60,153 nucleotides of DNA from Microcoleus sp. Aus8_D1 (GTDB lineage: Bacteria > Cyanobacteriota > Cyanobacteriia > Cyanobacteriales > Microcoleaceae), in contig NZ_JAUBUO010000016.1 in the NCBI RefSeq assembly GCF_036702645.1, positions 92,186 to 152,338 on the forward strand. Reading direction: 5' to 3'. Below are positions 1 through 9,706 of this stretch, one piece after another; position 1 is the stretch's first letter, and each line of letters opens with the position of its first letter. Under the pieces are notes generated by a model. It did no database searches. It saw only the letters and a list, made by a program, of their open reading frames with translations, and was not told the DNA's origin. Both the position numbers and the translations under genes were made by a program.

Positions 1-519
1 TTTGCGATCGATTTCCGAGTAGGGAGTGAGGGCTCTACCGATGAGGCTGGCTGGATACAGGATTTGTTGGCTAGCGTCTGAGGAAGATGGCAAAGCTGGA
101 TATGGCATGAATTCTGGGGAATCTGCCGGCAATTCTGCGGGTTTGTCAGACAGCAGCCTGCCCATAACTAAGACTTTTGTAGCTTTGCCGTTTGAGTCGA
201 TCGCCGGAGTGACTGTCAAGTCGAAGAGAAAATATTGTCCGGCGTGGCAAAATGGATAGCTGAACCGTTGCGGTACGAGGGTTTCGAGCGCCCGCCGCAG
301 CCGATGGAGATAAGGCGCAGGGGCGATCGGTTGCAGGGTTTCCCTGAGAGGGCGATCGACAATTTGCTCTGCTTTAAGGTTATAGTGCTCGGCTTTTTGC
401 CAGTAAAAAGATAGGTATCGACCCCTGGCGTCTTGGGTAAATACTAATTCTGCCCCTAACTCTTGAAAAAAGGCTGTAGAGGCGAGGCTCGATCGCCGGA
501 AATCGGTGTTAGAGTCCAT
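1..519 (-). CDS. Partial CDS (N-terminal part in window) encoding a PAS-fold sensory domain protein; continues beyond position 1
   Basis: Minus-strand ATG at 517-519 opens a frame with no stop to position 1. Translation MDSNTDFRRSSLASTAFFQELGAELVFTQDARGRYLSFYWQKAEHYNLKAEQIVDRPLRETLQ...FLFDLTVTPAIDSNGKATKVLVMGRLL has a PAS-like beta/alpha pattern. Absent from the ORF track because it has no stop in the window. Confidence 0.45.
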   Translation of the reverse strand, partial: MDSNTDFRRSSLASTAFFQELGAELVFTQDARGRYLSFYWQKAEHYNLKAEQIVDRPLRETLQPIAPAPYLHRLRRALETLVPQRFSYPFCHAGQYFLFDLTVTPAIDSNGKATKVLVMGRLLSDKPAELPADSPEFMPYPALPSSSDASQQILYPASLIGRALTPYSEIDRK

Positions 520-1352
520 CAGAGTTGGGGATGAAAGTAGTTCTGATTTATTAATTTTATGTTTTTCTAGCAGATGTTGAAGTCAGAAGGCTTTAGTTAT
601 CGTCGCGAAATCGGGCTTTAGTTATCCTCGCGAGATCGGCACTCGACCGCAGGGGGAAATGGCCATTAAGAACCTTCTCACCGTCGGGCGCGGTTGCTAT
701 AATTCTCAACTCAAGACTCAAAATTGTTTTGGGCTTCGACCGTTAATTTGTGAGCGATCGCAGAAAGAAGAAGTCCTGCAGGTCGGCGGAAGAAGGAATA
801 AACAATATCAGAGTTCATGTTTCAGTAATTAAGAGCTTCCTAACTTTCGGGCGCGGTTGCTATCTTAATTAACTAAAAAGTTGTCGCCTCTTTAATTAAT
901 AATTTCACAGCTCAAAACTCACTCTTCACAACTTTTTTACGCTTCTGCCATTGCGTTTTGAGTTATTAATGAACTAAAAAAAATCTGAATTCTTTAATTC
1001 ACAACTTAACTCAAAACCCACAACTATTTGTTGTCAGCCGTTTTGGGTAATTAACAAAGCAAAATTAAGATTTAGGAATTAGTAGTCTGCACTGATTAAC
1101 GATCTCGTTTGAAAATTTAGCCAAAATTTGAGGCTGCGAACAATTCAAGTCGAGGACTGCCGATCGCATTTTGTCCGTCACAATAGAAGAGTTCCGAGGT
1201 TTTAAGTTAGCCCAGTTCGCTCCGAACAACCTGTAGCTTTCGCCCTGAAATCTGCCGGAACTCGAAGCCGGAGCTCGCGCGATCGAAATTTCACACCCAT
1301 AAATTTCATAGCCAGCAGATTGGCGCGTCTCCGGCTTTGACAGGAGAGAACC

Positions 1353-1580
1353 TCAGTCGTTCCACTCGCCACGGGGCGGGACTGGGGGGGTGCGGCGCAA
1401 ACTCATAGCCTGATCGTCTTCGCGACGCTCGCCTCTGAGCCACTGCTTGATTGCTGTTTCAATGACTTTGCTGGGGTCATTTGTCAAGTGCTTAATTTGG
1501 TCTAGCAGTTCAGAATCGATATGGATAGACAGTTCCACTTTTTCTGACGAACTGTGGGAGGGTATACTTGACTCGCTCAT
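1353..1580 (-). CDS. Small ribbon-helix-helix (CopG/antitoxin-like) DNA-binding protein, orphan
   Basis: 75 aa; KVELSIHIDSELLDQIKHL...SKVIETAIKQWL matches the beta-strand/helix/helix RHH pattern. No partner toxin ORF visible downstream. Confidence 0.4.
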   Translation of the reverse strand: MSESSIPSHSSSEKVELSIHIDSELLDQIKHLTNDPSKVIETAIKQWLRGERREDDQAMSLRRTPPVPPRGEWND

Positions 1581-2327
1581 AGTTAAAAAATCCTAGTTTT
1601 AATTCTTTAGTTTCAATTCCTTCTAGGAATTTACGCCTTTTTGTTTTGAAGGAAGTGTGTTGAAGGAAGTGATGGCCTACCTCTAGTAGAGATGCACAGC
1701 GGATGAAAACCTATATTTTTTACACCCTTACCGTCCCGCTTCCGTCATTTGACCAAATTATCTGCTTCTTGTCAAGCGCTAGCAACTTCTCACCAATATT
1801 TTTAAGTTGGCGATCGCCCTCTATAGAACAACCTGACCCCAAAAATCGATACCGTGCCACGTACAAGCGTCGTGAGCCGCCCAAAATTTGAGATCCGAGT
1901 TCCTGCTCCCAAATTCACGGAGCTGCAAGAAGTAAATCTCAAATCGTTCTCCTCTAGCGTGACTCTCCTCTAGCGCTCGCTAAACGTCTCGCCGAACGTC
2001 TCACGCCGAAGTCTCAAATCTCAAATCGAAAAATGGAAAAATGGAAAATCGACTGACTGGGCTGGGGGTGGAGGACGGATGCTGGCGATCGGGAATATTC
2101 CCTACCGTTCAACAGCTTTTTGTACAGTAACAGAGAGAAAAGTTTTTTCCTGGGAGGGCGTCTTGGAGCAACAGGGGATAATCAAGATAGCATAAATACA
2201 ATGGCTATGTCAACCCATAGCCGAGAAAAAATTAAATTGTATCTAAGTCTCTAAATGACTATAAATGACTGTAGATTGAATGAAGTTTTATAATACAACA
2301 AAAGTCAATCTTTTGCCGATAGGTTTT

Positions 2328-4142
2328 ATGACAAACGTTCCTGTATCTCGCATTCGTAATTTTTCGATTATTGCTCACATCGACCACGGAAAATCCACTT
2401 TGGCCGATCGCCTGTTGCAGGCGACTGGAACTGTGCAAGCACGGGAGATGAAGGAGCAGTTTTTAGACAATATGGATATCGAACGCGAACGTGGCATTAC
2501 GATCAAGCTGCAAGCGGCTCGGATGAATTACACTGCCAAGGACGGTCAGGAGTACGTGCTGAACCTGATCGACACTCCCGGACACGTTGACTTCTCCTAC
2601 GAGGTTTCGCGATCGCTCGCTGCTTGCGAAGGGGCGCTGCTGGTGGTAGACGCATCTCAAGGCGTGGAAGCACAAACCTTGGCAAATGTCTACCTTGCCT
2701 TGGGAAACAATTTGGAAATTATTCCGGTTCTAAATAAAATTGACCTACCGGGAGCGGAACCGGAACGGGTAAAAGGGGAAATTGAAGAAATTATCGGTCT
2801 GGACTGTAGCGGGGCGATTGAGGCTTCGGCTAAGGAAGGAATTGGTATTGATGAGATTTTGGAGGCGATCGTCGAATTGGTGCCGCCGCCGCAGGATACT
2901 GTTGACAAACCGCTGCGGGCGCTAATTTTTGACAGTTATTACGATGCTTATCGCGGGGTAATTGTGTATTTCCGGGTGATGGACGGAAGTGTTAAAAAGG
3001 GCGATCGGGTGTTGTTGATGGTTTCGGGGAAGGAATATGTCATTGATGAATTGGGCATCCTGTCACCGACACAAGTACAAGTAGATGAATTGCACGCGGG
3101 GGAAGTTGGTTATCTAGGCGCGGCAATTAAGGCGGTAGCTGATGCTCGCGTCGGGGATACGATTACTTTGGTCAAAAAGCCTGCACCAGAGCCTTGGCCT
3201 GGTTATACGGAGGCTAAGCCGATGGTTTTTTGTGGCTTATTCCCGATCGATGCCGACCAATTTCCCGACTTGCGGGAAGCTTTGGAAAAACTGGAACTCA
3301 ACGATGCGGCGCTTTCCTACGAACCGGAAACTTCTAGCGCGATGGGATTTGGTTTCCGCTGCGGTTTCTTGGGTTTGCTGCACATGGAAATTGTGCAGGA
3401 AAGACTGGAAAGAGAATACAATTTGGATTTGATTGTTACGGCTCCTTCTGTGGTTTATCAAGTCACAACAATCAAGGGAGAAGTGTTAACAATTGACAAT
3501 CCGAGCCACTTGCCAGATCCTCAGTATCGGGAGAAGATTGAGGAACCTTACGTGCGGGTAGAAATGCTGTCGCCGGAAACTTATGTGGGCGCGCTGATGG
3601 AGTTATCTCAAAGTCGGCGGGGCATTTTTATGGATATGAAGTATCTGAGTCAGGGGCGGACTACCTTGGTTTACGAGTTACCTTTGGCGGAGGTGGTGAC
3701 GGACTTTTTCGATCAGATGAAATCGCGATCGCGCGGTTATGCGAGTATGGAGTATCACATCATCGGTTATCGCGAAAATCCGTTGGTGAAATTGGACATT
3801 TTAATTAATGGCGATCCGGTTGATGCTTTGGCGATGATCGTGCACCGGGATAAGGCTTACAATGTGGGGCGCGGCTTGACGGAGAAACTGAAGGAGTTGA
3901 TTCCCCGCCACCAGTTTAAGGTGCCGATTCAAGCGACTATTGGCGCTAAGGTGATTGCTTCGGAACATATTCCGGCTTTGCGGAAAGATGTGTTGGCGAA
4001 GTGTTACGGCGGCGATATTTCGCGGAAGAAGAAGTTGCTACAAAAGCAGGCGAAGGGTAAGAAGCGGATGAAGTCTGTTGGTACTGTGGATGTGCCGCAG
4101 GAGGCTTTTATGGCTGTGCTGAAGCTCGATCGCGATTCGTAA
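2328..4142 (+). CDS. lepA: Elongation factor 4 (LepA), translational GTPase
   Basis: [31 protein letters not shown]1 motif, [13 protein letters not shown], and the LepA-specific C-terminal domain. Start moved from the ORF-track 2280 to Met17, the canonical LepA N-terminus. Confidence 0.95.
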   Translation: MTNVPVSRIRNFSIIAHIDHGKSTLADRLLQATGTVQAREMKEQFLDNMDIERERGITIKLQAARMNYTAKDGQEYVLNLIDTPGHVDFSYEVSRSLAACEGALLVVDASQGVEAQTLANVYLALGNNLEIIPVLNKIDLPGAEPERVKGEIEEIIGLDCSGAIEASAKEGIGIDEILEAIVELVPPPQDTVDKPLRALIFDSYYDAYRGVIVYFRVMDGSVKKGDRVLLMVSGKEYVIDELGILSPTQVQVDELHAGEVGYLGAAIKAVADARVGDTITLVKKPAPEPWPGYTEAKPMVFCGLFPIDADQFPDLREALEKLELNDAALSYEPETSSAMGFGFRCGFLGLLHMEIVQERLEREYNLDLIVTAPSVVYQVTTIKGEVLTIDNPSHLPDPQYREKIEEPYVRVEMLSPETYVGALMELSQSRRGIFMDMKYLSQGRTTLVYELPLAEVVTDFFDQMKSRSRGYASMEYHIIGYRENPLVKLDILINGDPVDALAMIVHRDKAYNVGRGLTEKLKELIPRHQFKVPIQATIGAKVIASEHIPALRKDVLAKCYGGDISRKKKLLQKQAKGKKRMKSVGTVDVPQEAFMAVLKLDRDS

Positions 4143-4212
4143 TTTGTGTGTTGGGGCGATCGCACTTTTTACCGAAGGGCGATCGCACTTTCAGCTAATA
4201 AATGATTGCAGA

Positions 4213-4515
4213 TTACTCATCATCATCCTCATCATCCGGGCCAAATAAGTCGCTAGCCTTACTACCCAAAAGTCCAAAAATCGCACCCACGCCCATATTC
4301 CAAGTCGTATTGCAACTCTCAAAAATCCGAACTTGTTGGGGAGATAGACTATCCTTAGTACCAAGCGATACACACACGCCTCCAGAAAGTAAGGTAAAAC
4401 AAATCACGCTGAAGAAGACTTGCTGGAAAACTGGGGGAATTTGAGGAGGAGTATTTTTAGGACTCATTTGAGTAGATTTGGGTTTAGCGGGTGTGATATT
4501 AGATTTAGTTTTCAC
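4213..4515 (-). CDS. Hypothetical small protein with one predicted TM helix and an acidic C-terminal tail (DDEDDDE)
   Basis: 100-aa ORF with hydrophobic stretch VFFSVICFTLLSGGVCVSLG. No recognisable family; could be spurious. Confidence 0.25.
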   Translation of the reverse strand: MKTKSNITPAKPKSTQMSPKNTPPQIPPVFQQVFFSVICFTLLSGGVCVSLGTKDSLSPQQVRIFESCNTTWNMGVGAIFGLLGSKASDLFGPDDEDDDE

Positions 4516-4672
4516 CGTGGCTACCTTTGATTGAATATGTTTTAATCTTAAAGACTCAAAGCTGGAAAGTCAGCCTGTGTATAGGTTTCAGTTACTATGA
4601 GTTTGGTATGCGTTTGGGATGTGTTTGGTTGGCGATGCTCGCTATAATACTTAAAAGGTTTGTAATTTGGCT

Positions 4673-5728
4673 ATGGCGTCGCTCAAAGCATCCGAGGCAG
4701 GAATCGAAAAAATAAATATACGTTTTACAGACAAAGGCTGGAGTCGCCAAGACTTAGCCGATCGAGTTGTAATAGGGGAGGGCAAAAAGTCCAAGGAAGG
4801 GATTGATATTCAAGTTATTCATAAGTTTTTTACCCAGAAGAGTGTCAGCAGCCAGTATTTTGTGGGAATTTGCAAGGCTTTAGAGTTGGATTGGCAGGAA
4901 ATTCGAGAACCCAATGGAACGCCACCGCCCCCAATACTACCAAATCACAATCCCATCCCAGAAATAGAACAGCCAAATATCAAATACGATAATCCCTTTC
5001 GTCCGACAAGTGGCAAAATAGACGATCGCCGCTTTTTCTTTGGCAGACAGCGGGAAATTCGGCGGGTATTCGAGACTCTGAATAGTGGCAGTAGTGTAGC
5101 AATTGTTGGCGAAAGAGCGATCGGCAAAAGTTCTCTGCTACAAGCCATTTACCAACAAGCACCAAATCAACTCCGTCCTCCGCGCCAACCCATTTACCTC
5201 AACTTGCAAGATGTTTATGATGAAGATGATTTTTACTGTGCTTTGTGCAGCGAAGTCAATATAGATATAGCGAAGGGATATTTACTAAAACGGGCTTTAG
5301 AATCGCACCGACTGCTGTTGCTTTTAGATGAAGTTGAGAAAATGAACTGGAATGGATTTACTAACCAAATACGCGGTCAATTGCGGGGTTTAGCGGAGGG
5401 AACAAACGCACCTTTGCGTCTAGTTGTCGCCGCCTGCACCTCTCTCGATACGCTGTTTCCTGACAGTCAAGACCAAAATATGACATCTCCTTTCAAAGGA
5501 ATTTGCATTGAGGAAACTCTGAAGCGATGGGATGATGAAATCAGTCGCAAATTTATTGCAAGCCGCCTCCAGGCTGATTGGTTAACACCTGTTGCCCAAC
5601 CCGTGAGTTTTACAGAGGATGAAATTGCGAGTTTAATTGCTGAAAGTGGTGGCTATCCTCAGAAATTGATGCAGTTGTGCTATCAAACTTACGATCGCTA
5701 TCTTTGCGATCGATCCAATATTTTGTAG
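4673..5728 (+). CDS. XRE-type HTH domain fused to a minimal AAA-like/STAND-type P-loop NTPase
   Basis: N-terminus KGWSRQDLADRVV is a typical HTH_XRE helix, followed by a Pro-rich linker. FFGRQREIRRVFETL then Walker A GERAIGKSSLL and Walker B LLLLDEVEK. First in-frame ATG is at 4673 (the ORF track starts at TTG 4667). TATAAT at 4643-4648. Confidence 0.7.
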   Translation: MASLKASEAGIEKINIRFTDKGWSRQDLADRVVIGEGKKSKEGIDIQVIHKFFTQKSVSSQYFVGICKALELDWQEIREPNGTPPPPILPNHNPIPEIEQPNIKYDNPFRPTSGKIDDRRFFFGRQREIRRVFETLNSGSSVAIVGERAIGKSSLLQAIYQQAPNQLRPPRQPIYLNLQDVYDEDDFYCALCSEVNIDIAKGYLLKRALESHRLLLLLDEVEKMNWNGFTNQIRGQLRGLAEGTNAPLRLVVAACTSLDTLFPDSQDQNMTSPFKGICIEETLKRWDDEISRKFIASRLQADWLTPVAQPVSFTEDEIASLIAESGGYPQKLMQLCYQTYDRYLCDRSNIL

Positions 5729-6125
5729 GGGCAGGTTCACCAACAATAATTGTCGCCAACCAACAATTCTGATAAACCTGCCCCCACCCAACGACAAATC
5801 CCAATCTACCAATAACCAAATATCCAGTAGGGGCAGGTTCACCAACAATAATTGCCACCAACCAACAAATCTGATAAACCTGCCCCCACCCAACGATAAA
5901 TCCCAATCTACCAATAACCAAATATCCAGTAGGGGCAGGTTCGCCAACAATAATTGCCACCAACCGACAATTATCATAAACCTGCCCCCACCCAACGACA
6001 AATCCCAATCTACCAATAACCAAATATCCAGTAGGGGCAGGTTCGCCAACAATAATTGCCATTAACCAACAAATCTCATAAACCTGCCCTCACTCACCCA
6101 ACGACAAATCCCTATCTACCTTCTT
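5726..6125. repeat. Tandem array of four ~102-bp direct repeats. Each unit carries a 10-bp-stem hairpin, GGGGCAGGTT-(N38)-AACCTGCCCC
   Basis: Units start at 5726, 5828, 5930 and 6032 with a few substitutions. Lies in the intergenic region between the two NTPase genes. Open frames on the minus strand (5610..6062, 5633..6052) are repeat artefacts. Confidence 0.9.
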
Positions 6126-6162
6126 TTCAAACACTGAACGGTATTCGAGCATAATACATAGG

Positions 6163-6226
6163 CCGGGGCGGGTTTTTGAAATTGTCGATTTTTGGCAATG
6201 ATTGTTGGTGAACCCGCCCCTACGGA
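6163..6226. repeat. Inverted, diverged copy of the 102-bp unit hairpin, GGGGCGGGTT...AACCCGCCCC
   Basis: Reverse complement taggggcgggttcaccaacaatcattg matches the unit start taggggcaggttcaccaacaataattg. Confidence 0.7.
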
Positions 6227-6328
6227 AATAACGCTCGATCGACCTGAAATAATCAGTTACAAAATCAGTTGCCGAACTTCCTTCTGCTATATAACCAATC
6301 CTAAATTTTATTTATCTCCACCTATTTT

Positions 6329-8992
6329 ATGAATCAAAACCATCACCCCGTTCCTCGATTAGATTTAGCTCCCAAACTGAAGCGTCCTCTTTCTTTGTCG
6401 AATCCTTTAGATTACCTGCGATTGTTATATTGGGTGTTTTTCTTTCCTCAAGCTGTGCGGTGGTATGAGTTTATTTTTGGGGGTGAATCTAATTTAAAAG
6501 ATGCCAAAACGTGGCGAGAAAGGTGGGATTGGTTGCGTCAAAATCCAGTCCAGCGTCAGTTAATTTTGCAAGCTTTGATATTAATACTTGCTATCACTCT
6601 AGGTTTTAATATATTTTTTTTAGGCCTCAGTATTCCTATTAATTGGTGGGTTGTAGTGTTAGGCGTAGGGTTCCCTGTTGCCTATGGCGTGGGGTTGGCC
6701 GTGGAGTTCGGCGTAGCATCCGGTGTGGCATTCGGCATGGCGTTCGGCATGGTTTTGGGCATGACCTACGGCGCGGCCTCCGGCATAGCGTCCAGCGTGG
6801 CGTCCGGCCTGGGGTTAGGCCTGGCATTAGGTATTAGCTTGGGCGTGAGGTCAGGTGTGGGAGTGGGCGTGGCGTCTGCTGTAGGGATGGGTGCGGGGTT
6901 GGGTGTGGGTTTGGGCGTATTGTCCGGTGTGGGTTCCGGCGTGAGGTTTGGCGTGGCGTTGGGCTTGGGGTTAGGATTGGCGTCAGTCGTGGCGATCGCA
7001 CGTCCTGAAAATTGGCTGTTCGCTTTACCGTCTATCCTACTCCAGCGCCAACAGCAAAATAGACAATTTCCTCACATTACCCCGCTTCCCCTTCCTTACC
7101 TGTCTGCTCAAATAGCTAATTGGCTGAGGCGGGATTGGGAAACAGGATTGCACAACATTGACGAACTACTAAAATTTACTCTTCAGTTTATCCCGGTTAT
7201 TAAAGCTGTAAATTGCGTACTAGCAGAGACACCAAAAGACCAAATCATCTATCGCCTCGCTCAATTATCAGAAAATCCTTATGATTGGAATTTAGTGCGT
7301 TTTGCCTCAGCTTCTCTTAGTCAAAAAATGAAGTTAGAAGCAGTGGCAGGTTTTTTCAGCTTCATACCTTGGAAACAACAAATTCAAGCTCGTTTTCAAA
7401 CAGAAATTCGTTTAAATACTCCTGCCCGTGCCTCTGCCGCTGGTTTCTGGTATCTCCACGAACAGGAACCAGACAAAGCTACAGCAGCTTTTGCTGTAGT
7501 CCGAGATTTGCTTTATGGAGAGGAGATGTTTGCCTTAGCGCAAATTCTCACAAGTTGTCACCAAACAGCAGAACTAGCCGAGATTGCCGCCTTGAAACTG
7601 CCACCTTCCCCAAATCCACCTCTGCTTCGCGGGACTACTTGGGAAGCAATTGCCTCTCTGCGTCGGGTAATAGTCGATGTTCAACTTATCCAGAATAGTG
7701 TATCTCTTTTTGCCCGTTCTCTTGCCAGCAACCGAGCATTAGGTCAGCTTAAAACTATCTTAAATCAAGCTGGAGTTATACCTATATCTGAACGAAATTT
7801 AATTGTCAAAATAGTCAAAAAATGGTTAGAGATATTACTGCAATTCACAGTTGAAATAGGAGATATTTCAATTACTCAACCTGTCAGCAACCCCTATACC
7901 ATAGGCGATCCAGTCCAAGGCAATCAGTTTGTCGGCCGCGAAGACATCATCAGAGAGCTAGAGGAGTTGTGGGTACAGGGCGATCGCCTGCAATCTGTTG
8001 CTCTCTACGGTCATCGGCGGATGGGGAAAACTTCAATTTTGTTGAATGCTAGCAACTGCCTCGGAGCAAAGGTACAGGTAGCCTATGTCAATGTGTCGCT
8101 GGTGGCAGATTGTTCTCAGGGAGTCGGCGAATTGCTCATATTCGTTACCGATGCCATTGCCAAAACAGTCAAAATTGCACCTCCGGGCGATCGCGATTTA
8201 CTCGATTTGCCCTATATCACTTTTCGACGCTATATCGAACAAGTCATCGGAAATATAGAAGGCGGATTGATCGTTGCTTTAGACGAGTTTGAAAAAATCG
8301 AAGAATTGATCGACGCTGGGAAAATCGATCGCGATTTTATCGGTTTCTTGCGCGGCATGGTGCAAATGAGTTCTAAAATAGCCTTTGCGTTTGCCGGATT
8401 GCACACCTTAGACGAAATGACCGAGGATTATTTCAATCCTTTTTTTGCTAGCATTATCCCCATCCGAGTCGGTTTCCTGAGTTTGGGTGCAACTCGCCAA
8501 GTTTTAGCCAATCCCGATGATGATTTCCTCCTCGACTACAAACCGGAAGCACTCGATCGCATTTACGAACTAACAGGCGGCCAACCCTATCTCACGCAAT
8601 TAATCGGATTTCTATTAGTCCGCCACTACAACGACCAAGTATTTGAAATGGGACACCCCCGCGATCCAATGTTTAGCATAGAAGATGTGGAAACAGTCAT
8701 CAATGACCCGGATTTTTTCAGCAGAGGTCGCTACTATTTTACAGGAATTTGGGGTCAAGCAATGGAAGGTGCACCGGGACAACAGCAGATTTTAAGAGCA
8801 CTAGCACCTCACTTAGACGGAATGAATTTCGACAGGCTGAGTGCAGAAATAGGGATGGATAGAAAAAGTTTAGAGGAAGCATTAAAAACCCTGGAACGTC
8901 ACGATGTGGTTCAACAAAGTGATGGTTGCTACTGTATTAGTGTGGAACTATTTCGCCGTTGGGTTCAGATGTCATTGGGAGGGAACGGGTAA
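6329..8992 (+). CDS. Large membrane-anchored AAA-like/STAND-type NTPase. N-terminus has Gly/Ala/Val-rich small-residue TM helices; the C-terminal half carries an ORC/Cdc6-like P-loop ATPase
   Basis: Residues ~75-230 are hydrophobic GxxxG-rich repeats (GVGFPVAYGVGLAVEFGVASGVAFGMAFGMVLG...). Later come FVGREDIIRELEELW, Walker A GHRRMGKTSILLN and Walker B LIVALDEFEKI, typical of the cyanobacterial AAA-like domain family. Confidence 0.75.
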   Translation: MNQNHHPVPRLDLAPKLKRPLSLSNPLDYLRLLYWVFFFPQAVRWYEFIFGGESNLKDAKTWRERWDWLRQNPVQRQLILQALILILAITLGFNIFFLGLSIPINWWVVVLGVGFPVAYGVGLAVEFGVASGVAFGMAFGMVLGMTYGAASGIASSVASGLGLGLALGISLGVRSGVGVGVASAVGMGAGLGVGLGVLSGVGSGVRFGVALGLGLGLASVVAIARPENWLFALPSILLQRQQQNRQFPHITPLPLPYLSAQIANWLRRDWETGLHNIDELLKFTLQFIPVIKAVNCVLAETPKDQIIYRLAQLSENPYDWNLVRFASASLSQKMKLEAVAGFFSFIPWKQQIQARFQTEIRLNTPARASAAGFWYLHEQEPDKATAAFAVVRDLLYGEEMFALAQILTSCHQTAELAEIAALKLPPSPNPPLLRGTTWEAIASLRRVIVDVQLIQNSVSLFARSLASNRALGQLKTILNQAGVIPISERNLIVKIVKKWLEILLQFTVEIGDISITQPVSNPYTIGDPVQGNQFVGREDIIRELEELWVQGDRLQSVALYGHRRMGKTSILLNASNCLGAKVQVAYVNVSLVADCSQGVGELLIFVTDAIAKTVKIAPPGDRDLLDLPYITFRRYIEQVIGNIEGGLIVALDEFEKIEELIDAGKIDRDFIGFLRGMVQMSSKIAFAFAGLHTLDEMTEDYFNPFFASIIPIRVGFLSLGATRQVLANPDDDFLLDYKPEALDRIYELTGGQPYLTQLIGFLLVRHYNDQVFEMGHPRDPMFSIEDVETVINDPDFFSRGRYYFTGIWGQAMEGAPGQQQILRALAPHLDGMNFDRLSAEIGMDRKSLEEALKTLERHDVVQQSDGCYCISVELFRRWVQMSLGGNG

Positions 8993-9013
8993 ATAGTTAT
9001 GTTGGAAGCATCT

Positions 9014-9250
9014 CAAGCTCTGTAGGGTGTGGATCCATTGACAATTCTCAAGAAAAAAGCGACCATCTAATAGCGACGCACCTCTTTTTTTCAAGCTCTG
9101 TAGGGTGTGGATCCATTGACAATTCTCAAGAAAAAAGCGACCATCTAATAGCGACGCACCTCTTTTTTTCAAGCTCTGTAGGGTGTGGATCCATTGACAA
9201 TTCTCAAGAAAAAAGCGACCATCTAATAGCGACGCACCTGTTCTTTTCAA
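9014..9250. repeat. Tandem array of three 78-bp direct repeats, each ending in a T-run
   Basis: caagctctgtagggtgtggatccattgacaattctcaagaaaaaagcgaccatctaatagcgacgcacctcttttttt occurs at 9014, 9092 and 9170. ORFs 8959..9300 and 8972..9274 are artefacts of this array. Confidence 0.9.
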
Positions 9251-9382
9251 GAATCCAGGACACAAACCCAACATTTTTGTGGTATCAAGCTTTTTTATAA
9301 ACCGATTGGTAGGGTGAAGCGACTAAAGTCTGGAAGTGCGATCGCACTTCCACAGTGCTAATACCATTTCCGCCCCTTCCCT

Positions 9383-9706
9383 TCAAATCCCTTCTTCCTC
9401 TTCACCGCTAGACTCGCCTGAAAAAAGTAATTCTATATCCCGATAACCGCTGACTATTCTCACAATTTCAATATTTCCACTGACAGCTCGATAAAAAATC
9501 AAGTAATCTTCTACTAAAAAACTCCGCAAACCCAGCTCCAATTCATCCCGACTTCTCCCTATACTTGGAAAATCAACCAATAACTTGCACTGCTGCTTAA
9601 TCGCTTCCTTGAGTCTTTTCGCAGAATCCGGGTTAAACTGAGCAATATAGCGGACAATCTCTTTCAATTCACGCTTCGCTGAAGGTGCTAAAATATACCG
9701 AGTCAT
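9383..9706 (-). CDS. parE: Type II toxin, ParE/RelE family
   Basis: MTRYILAPSAKRELKEIVRYIAQFNPDSAKRL...YLIFYRAVSGNIEIVRIVSGYRD matches the ParE toxin fold pattern. Overlaps the upstream antitoxin gene by 1 nt. Confidence 0.8.
   Translation of the reverse strand: MTRYILAPSAKRELKEIVRYIAQFNPDSAKRLKEAIKQQCKLLVDFPSIGRSRDELELGLRSFLVEDYLIFYRAVSGNIEIVRIVSGYRDIELLFSGESSGEEEEGI

Noticed and set aside
1703-1891. 62-aa plus-strand ORF in the lepA upstream region
   Set aside because: Low-complexity, no motif. Lies in a region of short direct repeats; probably non-coding.
2463-3461. Several antisense or out-of-frame ORFs (60-96 aa) inside lepA
   Set aside because: Fully embedded in a strongly conserved gene; no independent support.
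4143-4200. Terminator after lepA
   Set aside because: Only HIP1 palindromes and a short direct repeat (ggcgatcgcacttt x2) are present. No convincing stem plus T-run.
5610-6062. Minus-strand ORFs of 150 and 139 aa with internally repeated peptide sequence
   Set aside because: They are translations of the 102-bp tandem DNA repeat; two overlapping frames are simultaneously open and periodic. This is a repeat artefact, not a gene.
6639-6837. Overlapping ORFs on both strands (Arg/Pro-rich 62 and 64 aa)
   Set aside because: They lie inside the GC-rich, repetitive Gly/Ala/Val-coding region of the 6329..8992 gene. They are compositional artefacts.
5726-9250. Possible CRISPR arrays (regular direct repeats at 5726-6125, 9014-9250, 43424-43745)
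   Set aside because: Units are 78-109 bp and identical across the entire period with no unique spacers. No cas genes or leader. These are tandem repeats, not CRISPR.
8959-9300. ORFs 8959..9300 (+) and 8972..9274 (-) with triply repeated peptide
   Set aside because: Generated by the 78-bp tandem repeat, open in both strands. Not coding.
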